From the IMG/VR virus record IMGVR_UViG_3300042691_025170, positions 1-64,000 of that record: 64,000 bases of DNA; one strand, given 5' to 3'. The translations under genes were made by a program, and so were the position numbers. This document shows positions 29,674 to 38,833 of this stretch, in pieces. The notes below the pieces were generated by a model. It had not been told where the DNA came from. It ran no database searches and worked only from the letters and a program-made list of their open reading frames with translations. Source of the DNA: a virus. Within the stretch, counting starts at the first letter, position 1. Every line of letters starts with the position of its first letter.

Positions 29674-29766
29674 TATACAAATTTGAAAGGGTTATATTTA
29701 TTAGTGTAGATATCTATAAACCTTAAAATTTAAATTAAATGTTAAACCTTAAACACGTAAAACGCT

Positions 29767-30624
29767 ATGGACATTTCATTAGCTCTGAAGAGATTTCAGT
29801 CTCTTCAAAACAACACAAAAAAGTCTGATTTCATTTGGAAACCAGCAAACGGACAATCAGTAATTCGTATTGTTCCTTACAAGTTCAACAAAGACAATCC
29901 TTTTATTGAACTTTACTTTCACTACAACATTAACAACAAGACCTATCTTTCTCCGGCTTCTTTCGGACGCCCTGACCCCATTGTGGAGTTTGCGGACAAA
30001 CTGAAGCGTACCGGTGATAACGATGATTGGAAAGCAGGTAAAAAGATGGAGCCGAAACTCCGTACTTTCTGCCCCGTAATCGTTCGTGGTAAAGAATCAG
30101 AAGGTGTAAAGTTTTGGGGATTCGGTAAGACGGTATATCAAGAGATTCTTGCATACATTGCAGACCCTGATTATGGTGATATTACAGACCCCATGAATGG
30201 TCGTGATATTGTATTGAGTGTATCACCAGGCGAAGAAAGTGGTAAGACTTATCCTACAACTACACTTCGTATTAAACCTTCTACTTCTAAACTCGCAGGT
30301 GACGCAGATACAATGAAGAAACTTCTTGAGGAGCAAAAGGAAATTACCGAATTGTATCAAGAACTTTCTTACGCAGAACTCAAAGGTGTTCTTGAGAATT
30401 GGTTGAATCCTTCTACTACTCCAGTTGAAGAAGGTGAAGATTCGGAACTCGTAGAACAACTTGAAGCACCAAAACCAGTTGCCAAAAAAGAGGTAGTCGG
30501 TAGTGATGGTCTTCCTTGGGAAGATGAGGTTCCTGCAAAACCAGCTGCAAAAGTAGCACCTAAAAAACCCGCAGCACCTAAAGATGATGTAGCGGCAGCA
30601 TTTGACGATTTGTTTAACAATTAA
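29767..30624 (+). CDS. Single-stranded DNA-binding protein (T4 gp32-like)
   Basis: WKP..G...IRIVP, PFIELYFHY, WGFGKTVY, DITDP..GRD; acidic tail ending AFDDLFNN. Confidence 0.88.
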   Translation: MDISLALKRFQSLQNNTKKSDFIWKPANGQSVIRIVPYKFNKDNPFIELYFHYNINNKTYLSPASFGRPDPIVEFADKLKRTGDNDDWKAGKKMEPKLRTFCPVIVRGKESEGVKFWGFGKTVYQEILAYIADPDYGDITDPMNGRDIVLSVSPGEESGKTYPTTTLRIKPSTSKLAGDADTMKKLLEEQKEITELYQELSYAELKGVLENWLNPSTTPVEEGEDSELVEQLEAPKPVAKKEVVGSDGLPWEDEVPAKPAAKVAPKKPAAPKDDVAAAFDDLFNN

Positions 30625-30636
30625 TAAGTTACAATT

Positions 30637-31740
30637 ATGGCCAGAAATGAAGATTTAGCAAGTGTACTTGCTGACTCTCTCAATAAACAAAATAAGGATG
30701 GGAAGATAGCATACTTCCTTGACGATGAGAAGAGTGAAGCGGCAACTAATGTAAAGGATTGGTTATCCACCGGAAATGCTATCCTTGATGTTGCAATATC
30801 TAACCGTCCTTATGGTGGCCTTCCCGTTGGTCGTATCACCGAGATAACGGGTCTTGAACAATCGGGCAAAAGCCTACTGTCTGCACACTTACTGGCTGAG
30901 GCACAGAAGAAGGGAGGAGTGGCAGTTCTGATTGATACCGAAACCGCAGTAAATCGTGAGTTTTTGGAAGCAATCGGTGTTGACATCTCCAAACTTCTCT
31001 ATGTGTCCGTTGACACGGTTGAGGCAATCTTTGAATCTTGTGAAACCATTATTGAAAAGGTTCGTACAAGTGATAAGTCAAAATTAGTGACAATCGTTGT
31101 GGACTCAGTAGCAGCAGCATCTACCAAAAAGGAATTGGAAGCGGACTATGATAAAGATGGATACGCTACCGACAAATCAATCATCATTTCCAAAGCAATG
31201 CGGAAAATCACTAATATGATTGGTCGTCAGAATATCTGTCTTGTATTCACTAACCAATTACGGATGAAGATGAACGCAATGGCATTTTCTGACCCGTGGA
31301 CTACATCAGGTGGTAAGGCATTGGCATTTCACGCATCAGTTCGTCTTCGTTTGAAATCAATGGGACAACTGAAAGTAGGTGACCGAATCATCGGTATCAA
31401 AGTGAGAGCACAGGTTGTAAAAAATCGTTTAGGCCCACCACTTCGTTCCGCTGACTTTAACATCTTCTTTGACAGAGGTATTGATAACTATGGTTCATGG
31501 TTGGCAGTTATGAAAGATAATAAGATATGTAAACAGAGTGGAGCATGGTATGAATATACCGATACCGTAAATGGTGAGGTAGTAAAGTTTCAAGCAAAAG
31601 ACTTCGCACAGATTCTATCAGATGAGGAACTAAAAGACCAAATCTATCGTAAGATATGTGAGGCAAGTATATTACAATATAAGAGTACAAACACGGAAGA
31701 AGTTGAAATTTCAACGGACGGAACAAATGAGTCAGATTAA
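30637..31740 (+). CDS. recA: RecA/UvsX recombinase
   Basis: GRITEITGLEQSGKS (Walker A), IDTE, IVVDSVAA, NQLR, TSGGKALAFHASVRL. Confidence 0.95.
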   Translation: MARNEDLASVLADSLNKQNKDGKIAYFLDDEKSEAATNVKDWLSTGNAILDVAISNRPYGGLPVGRITEITGLEQSGKSLLSAHLLAEAQKKGGVAVLIDTETAVNREFLEAIGVDISKLLYVSVDTVEAIFESCETIIEKVRTSDKSKLVTIVVDSVAAASTKKELEADYDKDGYATDKSIIISKAMRKITNMIGRQNICLVFTNQLRMKMNAMAFSDPWTTSGGKALAFHASVRLRLKSMGQLKVGDRIIGIKVRAQVVKNRLGPPLRSADFNIFFDRGIDNYGSWLAVMKDNKICKQSGAWYEYTDTVNGEVVKFQAKDFAQILSDEELKDQIYRKICEASILQYKSTNTEEVEISTDGTNESD

Positions 31741-32779
31741 TAAAAAGTATTTAGATATACTAAAACAAATAGATGAAGAACACAAATCATTTGGCGACCT
31801 TCATCGAAATTCAAAGACCTTAATTATTGATGGTCTTAATACCTTCATAAGGTCTTGGTCAACAGCACCTAATCTAAACGATAATGGTGACCACATCGGT
31901 GGTATAGTCGGTACTCTCAAGAGTATCGGCTACGCCATTCGGTTGTTGAATCCAACACGAGTCATCATTGCCTTTGATGGTAAAGGTGGTAGTAAGAGCC
32001 GGCAACAAATCTATGCCGGTTATAAAGCAGAACGGGCTAAAAATAAGATACGACTTAATCGTGCTATCACGGTCAATATGAACCCTGAAGACGAGCAAGT
32101 ATCTATGCGTAGACAAATGGTGAGTTTGGCAGATTTGTTGACATACTTACCAGTTACTATTATGCTCCACGATGGAATAGAGGCGGACGATGTTATTGGA
32201 TATGTTACTACTCAACTCCGTAAAGAGGGAGAGAAAGTTGTGATTATGTCATCTGATAAAGATTTTCTACAACTTGTCAATAAGGATGTCAGCGTTTATT
32301 CACCAACCAAAAAGAAGATATATAATATTGATGAGGTGATTGCTGAGTTTGGTATTCATCCGCATAACTTTATCAACTATCGTATGATGGATGGTGATAA
32401 GTCAGACAATATTGAAGGTGTTGAAGGCATCGGTCTTAAAACGATAATCAAGCAATTTCCTCTTCTAACAGAAGAGACTACACATAATACACAGACTATG
32501 GTTGACTATGTAAATGGTCTTCCTAAGAAAGCAAGAGCACACGAACTTTTCTTAAACAACTTGGAAATATGTGAAAGAAATCGTAGATTGATGCAGCTTT
32601 CTGAACCAGAGTTTAGTGGTATAACTCGTATGAAAATTATGAATCAACATCAAGACGCAGCTCCTAAGTTTGACAAACAAGGCTTCTTAAAAGCAGGTCT
32701 TCGCCATGGGGCACTTGATGGATTTCCAAATGTAACCGATTGGTTACAAAATACTTTTTCACATATAGCAAAATTTTAA
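31727..32779 (+). CDS. 5'-3' exonuclease / flap endonuclease (T4 RNase H-like)
   Basis: LIIDGLN, AFDG, YKAER, EADDVIG, SSDKDFLQL, GDKSDNIEGVEGIGLKT. Confidence 0.92.
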   Translation: MSQINKKYLDILKQIDEEHKSFGDLHRNSKTLIIDGLNTFIRSWSTAPNLNDNGDHIGGIVGTLKSIGYAIRLLNPTRVIIAFDGKGGSKSRQQIYAGYKAERAKNKIRLNRAITVNMNPEDEQVSMRRQMVSLADLLTYLPVTIMLHDGIEADDVIGYVTTQLRKEGEKVVIMSSDKDFLQLVNKDVSVYSPTKKKIYNIDEVIAEFGIHPHNFINYRMMDGDKSDNIEGVEGIGLKTIIKQFPLLTEETTHNTQTMVDYVNGLPKKARAHELFLNNLEICERNRRLMQLSEPEFSGITRMKIMNQHQDAAPKFDKQGFLKAGLRHGALDGFPNVTDWLQNTFSHIAKF

Positions 32780-32791
32780 ATTTAAACAATT

Positions 32792-33094
32792 ATGGCAGAC
32801 AGATTAGTAAAACCTTTGGGTGACAGAGTGTTACTCAAAGAAAATCAAAAAGAAGAAAAGACGGCAAGTGGAATTATCATTCCAGATACCGTCGTAAAAG
32901 AGGATGTAAAAACAGCAAAGGTAGTTTCGGTTGGACCGGGGCTTTACACTCAAGCTGGAAGTCTTATCCCAATGAATGTTTCAGCAGGTGATGAGGTTAT
33001 TGTACCCCCATATCATCAAGGTCAAGAAATCAAATTGAATGGTGAAAAATACATTCTTTTGAGAGAGTCGGAAATTCTTATGGTAATTAGATAA
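32792..33094 (+). CDS. groES: Co-chaperonin GroES
   Basis: KPLGDRVL, TASGIIIPD, VSVGPG, LRESEIL. Confidence 0.95.
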   Translation: MADRLVKPLGDRVLLKENQKEEKTASGIIIPDTVVKEDVKTAKVVSVGPGLYTQAGSLIPMNVSAGDEVIVPPYHQGQEIKLNGEKYILLRESEILMVIR

Positions 33095-33108
33095 ATTATT
33101 TGTATATT

Positions 33109-33318
33109 ATGAAATGCGTTAAAAATTTAACAACAGGCGAAATCAAACGAGTGGATGATGAAGCAGCAGACAGAATGTGTAAAAACCCAACTCTATATTG
33201 GTATGCACCTAAGTCGGAGTGGAAAGCACAAAATCGTAAACCTGTAGTAAAGGAGACTGAAGAGTCACCAAAAAAGAAACAAAAGAAAACAAAACAAGTA
33301 GTAGCAAAGCGTAAGTAA
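33109..33318 (+). CDS. Small basic hypothetical protein
   Basis: Short ORF whose stop overlaps the helicase start. Confidence 0.55.
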   Translation: MKCVKNLTTGEIKRVDDEAADRMCKNPTLYWYAPKSEWKAQNRKPVVKETEESPKKKQKKTKQVVAKRK

Positions 33319-34676
33319 TGGAAGCAACAGATACATTGGTAAAATACGGAACATCGTATCAGACGAAAGTAGTTGCTTCATTAATTACTGATGTAAAGTT
33401 CATTGAACAGGTTTATGAAATAACTAAGCCTGAATTTTTTGAATCGGATGCAAACAAATGGATTGTATCCGAAACGCTCTCTTACTTTAACGAATTCAAA
33501 TCGTGTCCGACACTTGAAGTCTTTAAGATAAAAGTAGGTTCGGTTGAAGATAAAATTCTAAAACAAACTATAGTTGAACAACTCAAAGGTGTTTATCAGC
33601 AGATTGGTTCGGAAGACTTGGCTTATGTAAAGAAAGAGTTTCTTACTTTTGCAAAAAATCAAAAGGTAAAAGAAGCACTTTTAAAATCTGTTGATTTACT
33701 CAAGTCCGGTCAATACGATAAAATTATTGACACGATGAATGCAGCTTCAAAAGTTGGAGCTGAAAACGATTTGGGGTTAGATTACATTCAAGATTTTGAG
33801 TCTATTCTTGAGGATGTAAAACGAAATTCGTGTTCAACGGGTTGGGAAGTGATTGATGACCTAATGGATGGTGGACTTGGTCCAGGCGAACTTGGCGTTG
33901 TTATGGCGCCAAGTGGTATTGGCAAGAGTTGGTTTCTTTCAAAGATTGCCTGTTCGGCTTTACAAAAAGGTGTTGATGTGTTACATTACACTTTGGAATT
34001 GTCGGAAAGTTATGTTGGTCAAAGGTATACCACAATATTAACCGGCATACAAACATCGGAGCATAAAGATAAAAAAGAAGAAGTTATCAGAAAGATTAAA
34101 GCGGTAACAGGTCGTGTAAGGATTAAATATTATCCACCACAATTCGCATCTGCAAAAACTCTTTCAGCTCATATTGAAAAACTTCGTGCCGTTGGGTATA
34201 ATCCTAAACTAATTGTTATTGATTATGCTGATTTGTTGAAATCATCTGACAAAGGTAAAGATGGTTTGTATGCTGAACTTGGTGGTATCTATGAAGAGCT
34301 CCGCGGATTGAGTGGTGAAACAGGTATTCCGATTTGGACAGCAACTCAAACAAATCGTGCAGCAATTGAGCATGAGGTGATTCAAGCTGATTCGGTTGGT
34401 GATTCGTATAAGAAAGTGCAAACAGCAGATTTCATCATGTCAGTTAGTCGTAAGACGAAAGACAAATTGTCAAATACAGGCCGTGTACATATTGTGAAAA
34501 ATCGTTTTGGGCCAGATGGAATGACATTTCCTGCAAAAATTGATACATTTCATGGTGTTATGGATATATTTGCAGCTAATTCTCCAGATGGTATGATTGC
34601 TACTAAGGAAAGTAAGAATGGTGAAAATTTGGAAAAGAAACTTTTACACAAAAAGTATGTTGAAAACATGGGTTGA
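33318..34676 (+). CDS. Replicative DnaB-like helicase (T4 gp41-like)
   Basis: APSGIGKS, TLELSE, IVIDYADLL, WTATQTNR, KNRFG. Confidence 0.93.
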   Translation: MEATDTLVKYGTSYQTKVVASLITDVKFIEQVYEITKPEFFESDANKWIVSETLSYFNEFKSCPTLEVFKIKVGSVEDKILKQTIVEQLKGVYQQIGSEDLAYVKKEFLTFAKNQKVKEALLKSVDLLKSGQYDKIIDTMNAASKVGAENDLGLDYIQDFESILEDVKRNSCSTGWEVIDDLMDGGLGPGELGVVMAPSGIGKSWFLSKIACSALQKGVDVLHYTLELSESYVGQRYTTILTGIQTSEHKDKKEEVIRKIKAVTGRVRIKYYPPQFASAKTLSAHIEKLRAVGYNPKLIVIDYADLLKSSDKGKDGLYAELGGIYEELRGLSGETGIPIWTATQTNRAAIEHEVIQADSVGDSYKKVQTADFIMSVSRKTKDKLSNTGRVHIVKNRFGPDGMTFPAKIDTFHGVMDIFAANSPDGMIATKESKNGENLEKKLLHKKYVENMG

Positions 34677-34811
34677 TAAGTATAACCGAAACCGATTTCC
34701 GACTAAAATAAAAATTGGAAAAGTATCTTTAGACTTCTTTAGAAAAAGGATACATTAAATCTTCGGAACATAGTTATACCTACACTCTTAAAAATAAAAT
34801 GATATAGAATT

Positions 34812-35813
34812 ATGAGCAAATTATTTACAGAAAGGATACCATATAAACCATTTGAATTCCCTGATTATTATAATGAGGGATGGTTAAAGCAAATGCAAGC
34901 CTTCTGGCTTCACACGGAAATTCCGATGCAAGGTGATGTCAAAGATTGGAAAGAGTCTCTTAAACCTCACGAAAAGCATCTTGTTGGTAACATCCTATTA
35001 GGATTTGCTCAAACCGAATGCGCAGTATCTGACTATTGGACAGGTATGGTGACCAAATGGTTTCCAAAACACGAAATCCGTCAGATGGCAATGGCATTTG
35101 GTTCACAAGAAACTATTCACGCAGTGGCATACTCATATCTAAACGAAACTTTGGGATTGGAAGACTTTGAAGCATTCCTACATGACCCTGCAACTCGTGC
35201 AAGATTTGAAATGTTGACAGAGGTTAGTGCAGATTATACACCTGAAGACTTACTAAAGTCACATGAAGCAAGAGTCGATGTAGGTCGTAGTTTAGCAATC
35301 TTCTCCGCATTTGCTGAAGGTGTTGCACTTTATTCATCATTCGCAGTACTATATTCATTCCAAATGAGGAATATGTTGAAGGGTATCGGACAACAAATGA
35401 AATGGAGTGTACGAGATGAATCACTCCATTCTAAAATGGGATGTCAGTTATTCCGTCATATGTGTCAAGAGTTTCCTGAATTGAAAGAGGAAGCAAAAAA
35501 GGAAATTTATGAAGCAGCAAAACTTGTCTTGGAATTGGAACACAAATTTATAGACAAGATGTTTGAGCAAGGTGATTTAGATAATCTTAAAAAAGAAGAC
35601 TTAAAACACTTTATTATCAAAAGGATAAATGAAAAATTAGTTGAGTTAGGATACGAACCAACTTTTGAATACAATAAAAAGAAAGCAGCCGAGTTAGATT
35701 GGTTTTATCATCTAACTGGTGGAACTACTCATACTGACTTTTTCGCTATTCGTCCTACTGATTACAGTAAGGCGAACGAGGGTGAAGATTGGAATGATGG
35801 TCTTTGGGAATAA
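34812..35813 (+). CDS. nrdB: Class I ribonucleotide reductase beta subunit
   Basis: YKPFEFP, FW..TE, AQTE, ETIHAVAY, AEGV, DESLH, TDFF. Confidence 0.95.
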   Translation: MSKLFTERIPYKPFEFPDYYNEGWLKQMQAFWLHTEIPMQGDVKDWKESLKPHEKHLVGNILLGFAQTECAVSDYWTGMVTKWFPKHEIRQMAMAFGSQETIHAVAYSYLNETLGLEDFEAFLHDPATRARFEMLTEVSADYTPEDLLKSHEARVDVGRSLAIFSAFAEGVALYSSFAVLYSFQMRNMLKGIGQQMKWSVRDESLHSKMGCQLFRHMCQEFPELKEEAKKEIYEAAKLVLELEHKFIDKMFEQGDLDNLKKEDLKHFIIKRINEKLVELGYEPTFEYNKKKAAELDWFYHLTGGTTHTDFFAIRPTDYSKANEGEDWNDGLWE

Positions 35814-35825
35814 ATTAATAATAAT

Positions 35826-37616
35826 ATGAGTCAAAAAGCAGAAGATATAGCAGCCGAACTAGGTTGGGTAAAAGATGTTGACTATCCATCTTGGGGTCAC
35901 AATGAAATTTATTTGAAAACAATTTCAAAGGGATATGTATTGCCCGGTGAAAAACCAAAAGATGCATATTGGAGGGTAGCAACTACTGTTGCTCGCCGAT
36001 TGGGAAAACCACAATTAGCTACCAAATTTTTTGATTATATTTGGAAAAGTTGGTTGTGTTTAGCAACGCCAGTATTGTCAAACACGGGAACTGATCGTGG
36101 TTTACCAATTAGTTGTTTCGGTATTGATGTAGGTGATAGCGTTTATGAAATCGGTTCTAAGAATTTGGAACTTATGATTTTAGCAAAGCATGGCGGTGGT
36201 GTTGGTATCGGCATCAACATGATTCGTCCTGCAGGTAGCAAGATTACAAATAACGGAACATCGGATGGTGTTGTACCATTTGTTAAGATTTATGATTCTA
36301 CAATTCTTGCAACAAACCAAGGTAGTGTACGTAGAGGTGCAGCATCTGTTAATATTAAAATAGACCACAAAGACTTTGAGGACTTTTTGGAGATTCGTGA
36401 ACCGAAGGGTGATGTGAATCGTCAATCACTTAATCTACACCAATGTGTTGTTGTTAGTGACAAGTTTATGAAACGATTGGAAGAAGGTGATGCTGATGCA
36501 AGACGTAAGTGGGGAAAACTTCTTCAAAAAAGAAAAGCAACTGGCGAACCATACATCATGTTCAAAGGTAATGTTAATAAACAAAATCCAGAAATGTACA
36601 AGAAAAATGGTTTAAAAGTACACATGACAAATATCTGTTCAGAGATTGTATTACACACCGATGAACAACATTCTTTTGTATGCTGCCTATCATCACTTAA
36701 CTTAGCTAAGTATGATGAATGGAAAGACACGGATTTGATTTATACAGCTACCATGTTTTTAGATGGTGTATTGGAAGAATTTATCCAAAGAGCTAAAAAT
36801 ATGAAAGGATTTGAAAACGCAGTTCGTAGTGCTGAACGTGGAAGGGCATTGGGATTGGGTGTATTGGGATGGCACACATACTTGCAACAAAGAGGTATTC
36901 CTTTTGAAGGGTTGTCTGCACAATTTGAAACTCGTAAGATTTTCTCTCAAATGAAGATTGAATCTGAAAGAGCAAGTAGAGACATGGCTAAAGAATATGG
37001 TGAACCACTTTGGTGTAAAGATTTTGGAATGAGAAATACTCACCTTCGTGCAATTGCACCCACAGTGTCCAATTCTAAGTTGAGTGGTAATGTAAGTAGT
37101 GGTATTGAACCTTGGGCAGCAAATGTATTTACAGAACAAACTGCAAAAGGAACATTCATCCGTAAGAATCCAGAATTGAAAAGAGTCCTAAAGAAAATTG
37201 GTCAAGACACTAAAGAAGTGTGGGACAAAATTTTAGAAGATGGTGGTTCTATACAAGGTTTGGATTTCTTAGATGAATGGTGTTACTTAGATGGTAAACT
37301 TGTTGAGTGTAAAGATGTATCAGATGTTGACAGAGATAAATGTTACGCTGTCAAGGAGGTTTATAAAACATTTAAAGAAATAAATCAACTTGACTTAGTT
37401 CGTCAAGCAGGAATCCGTCAGCAGTATATTGACCAAGCTGTATCACTTAATTTGGCATTCCCCGCTACAGCATCTCCTAAATGGATTAATCAAGTCCACA
37501 TGGAAGCATGGAAGCAAGGTGTCAAAACTTTGTACTATATGAGAACAGAATCCGTATTACGTGGTGATATTGCGGCAAGAGCTATGGATGAAAATTGTGT
37601 AAGTTGTGAGGGATAA
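35826..37616 (+). CDS. nrdA: Class I ribonucleotide reductase alpha subunit (short, no obvious ATP cone)
   Basis: PISCF, GGGVG, TNICSEI, CCLSS, AIAPT, KTLYYMR, C-terminal CVSCEG. Confidence 0.95.
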   Translation: MSQKAEDIAAELGWVKDVDYPSWGHNEIYLKTISKGYVLPGEKPKDAYWRVATTVARRLGKPQLATKFFDYIWKSWLCLATPVLSNTGTDRGLPISCFGIDVGDSVYEIGSKNLELMILAKHGGGVGIGINMIRPAGSKITNNGTSDGVVPFVKIYDSTILATNQGSVRRGAASVNIKIDHKDFEDFLEIREPKGDVNRQSLNLHQCVVVSDKFMKRLEEGDADARRKWGKLLQKRKATGEPYIMFKGNVNKQNPEMYKKNGLKVHMTNICSEIVLHTDEQHSFVCCLSSLNLAKYDEWKDTDLIYTATMFLDGVLEEFIQRAKNMKGFENAVRSAERGRALGLGVLGWHTYLQQRGIPFEGLSAQFETRKIFSQMKIESERASRDMAKEYGEPLWCKDFGMRNTHLRAIAPTVSNSKLSGNVSSGIEPWAANVFTEQTAKGTFIRKNPELKRVLKKIGQDTKEVWDKILEDGGSIQGLDFLDEWCYLDGKLVECKDVSDVDRDKCYAVKEVYKTFKEINQLDLVRQAGIRQQYIDQAVSLNLAFPATASPKWINQVHMEAWKQGVKTLYYMRTESVLRGDIAARAMDENCVSCEG

Positions 37617-37623
37617 TAAACAT

Positions 37624-38343
37624 ATGACTATGGCAGAAAACGAAAGCAGGAAACACAAGGAGTTAACTGAAAAAATTAGAGAAGCAAAAGAGGGGCCTAA
37701 AAATCCAATCCGTTTCCAACTCCAACTTAATGAAGAACAAAAGTTGGCAAAAGAAATGATAATGAACAACGCCGTAACAGTACTAAGTGGTAAAGCAGGT
37801 AGTGGTAAAACATTAGTAGCTTGCCAGGTAGCACTTGATATGTTGTTTAAAAAAGCAGTCACTAAAATTATTATTACAAGACCAACTGTAAGTAAAGAAG
37901 AAATTGGTTTTTTACCAGGAGACCTTCGTGAAAAAATGGATCCGTGGGTTCAACCGATTTATTCTAACTTCTATCAGTTGTATAACAGAGAGAAAATTGA
38001 AAGTATTATACAGAATGGACAAGTAGAAATAGTACCTGTTGCATTTATGCGTGGTCGGACTTTCTTGGATAGTTTTGTAATAGTTGATGAGGCACAAAAT
38101 TGCACTAACGACCAAATGGAAATGATAGTTTCTCGTTTAGGTATTCGTAGTAAAATGGTAGTATGTGGTGATACTCAGCAGGTAGATTTGAGAAACAAAA
38201 ACGAAAGTGGATTCAAGTTTCTTCTTTCGGTAGCTAGGAGAGTTAAAGATATGGACTCAATGACATTAACTATAAATCACAGACATTCTATAGTTGATGC
38301 AATATTAGATGAATATGAACAATTAAAACAAAACAATAAGTAA
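37624..38343 (+). CDS. phoH: PhoH-family ATPase
   Basis: GKAGSGKT, ITRP, GFLPGDLREK, FMRGRTF, DEAQN, GDTQQVD. Confidence 0.95.
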   Translation: MTMAENESRKHKELTEKIREAKEGPKNPIRFQLQLNEEQKLAKEMIMNNAVTVLSGKAGSGKTLVACQVALDMLFKKAVTKIIITRPTVSKEEIGFLPGDLREKMDPWVQPIYSNFYQLYNREKIESIIQNGQVEIVPVAFMRGRTFLDSFVIVDEAQNCTNDQMEMIVSRLGIRSKMVVCGDTQQVDLRNKNESGFKFLLSVARRVKDMDSMTLTINHRHSIVDAILDEYEQLKQNNK

Positions 38344-38344
38344 T

Positions 38345-38608
38345 ATGGTAACGGTAAAAAAATTCAGCGCTTCTTGGTGCGGCCCATGTAAAATGTTAGC
38401 ACCCATGTTTGAAGATGTTAAAAGTGGATATAATAATGTTATATTTGAAAACATCGATGTAGATGAAAATTTTGAATTAGCTTCTAAGTATGGTGTACGT
38501 GCAGTCCCTCTTGTAGTAATTGAAAAAGATGGAAAAGAAGTACAACGCTTTAGCGGTGTTCAATCAGTTATGACTTATAAGAATGCTATCAACGAACATA
38601 TTAACTAA
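38345..38608 (+). CDS. trxA: Thioredoxin
   Basis: WCGPCK active site. Confidence 0.93.
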   Translation: MVTVKKFSASWCGPCKMLAPMFEDVKSGYNNVIFENIDVDENFELASKYGVRAVPLVVIEKDGKEVQRFSGVQSVMTYKNAINEHIN

Positions 38609-38651
38609 ACTATTTGTTTTAGGACAAAACATTTGTTATATTCCAGTTGTT

Positions 38652-38831
38652 ATGTTAAGACGAGGTGAACAGCATCCTATGCACAAACTTACTGAAAAGC
38701 AAGTTAATACTATAAGAGAATTATGGAAAATAGGTCATCGCAATGTGCGTGTATTAGCTAAGAATAATGGAGTATCACCTACCAACATTAAAAAAATTGT
38801 TAAAAACGAAACTTGGACACATATTAATTAG
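38652..38831 (+). CDS. Small helix-turn-helix protein resembling the C-terminal DNA-binding tail of phage HNH endonucleases
   Basis: RGEQHPMHKLTEKQV..IR...LAK..GVS...I..IV...TW.HI. Confidence 0.6.
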   Translation: MLRRGEQHPMHKLTEKQVNTIRELWKIGHRNVRVLAKNNGVSPTNIKKIVKNETWTHIN

Positions 38832-38833
38832 TT

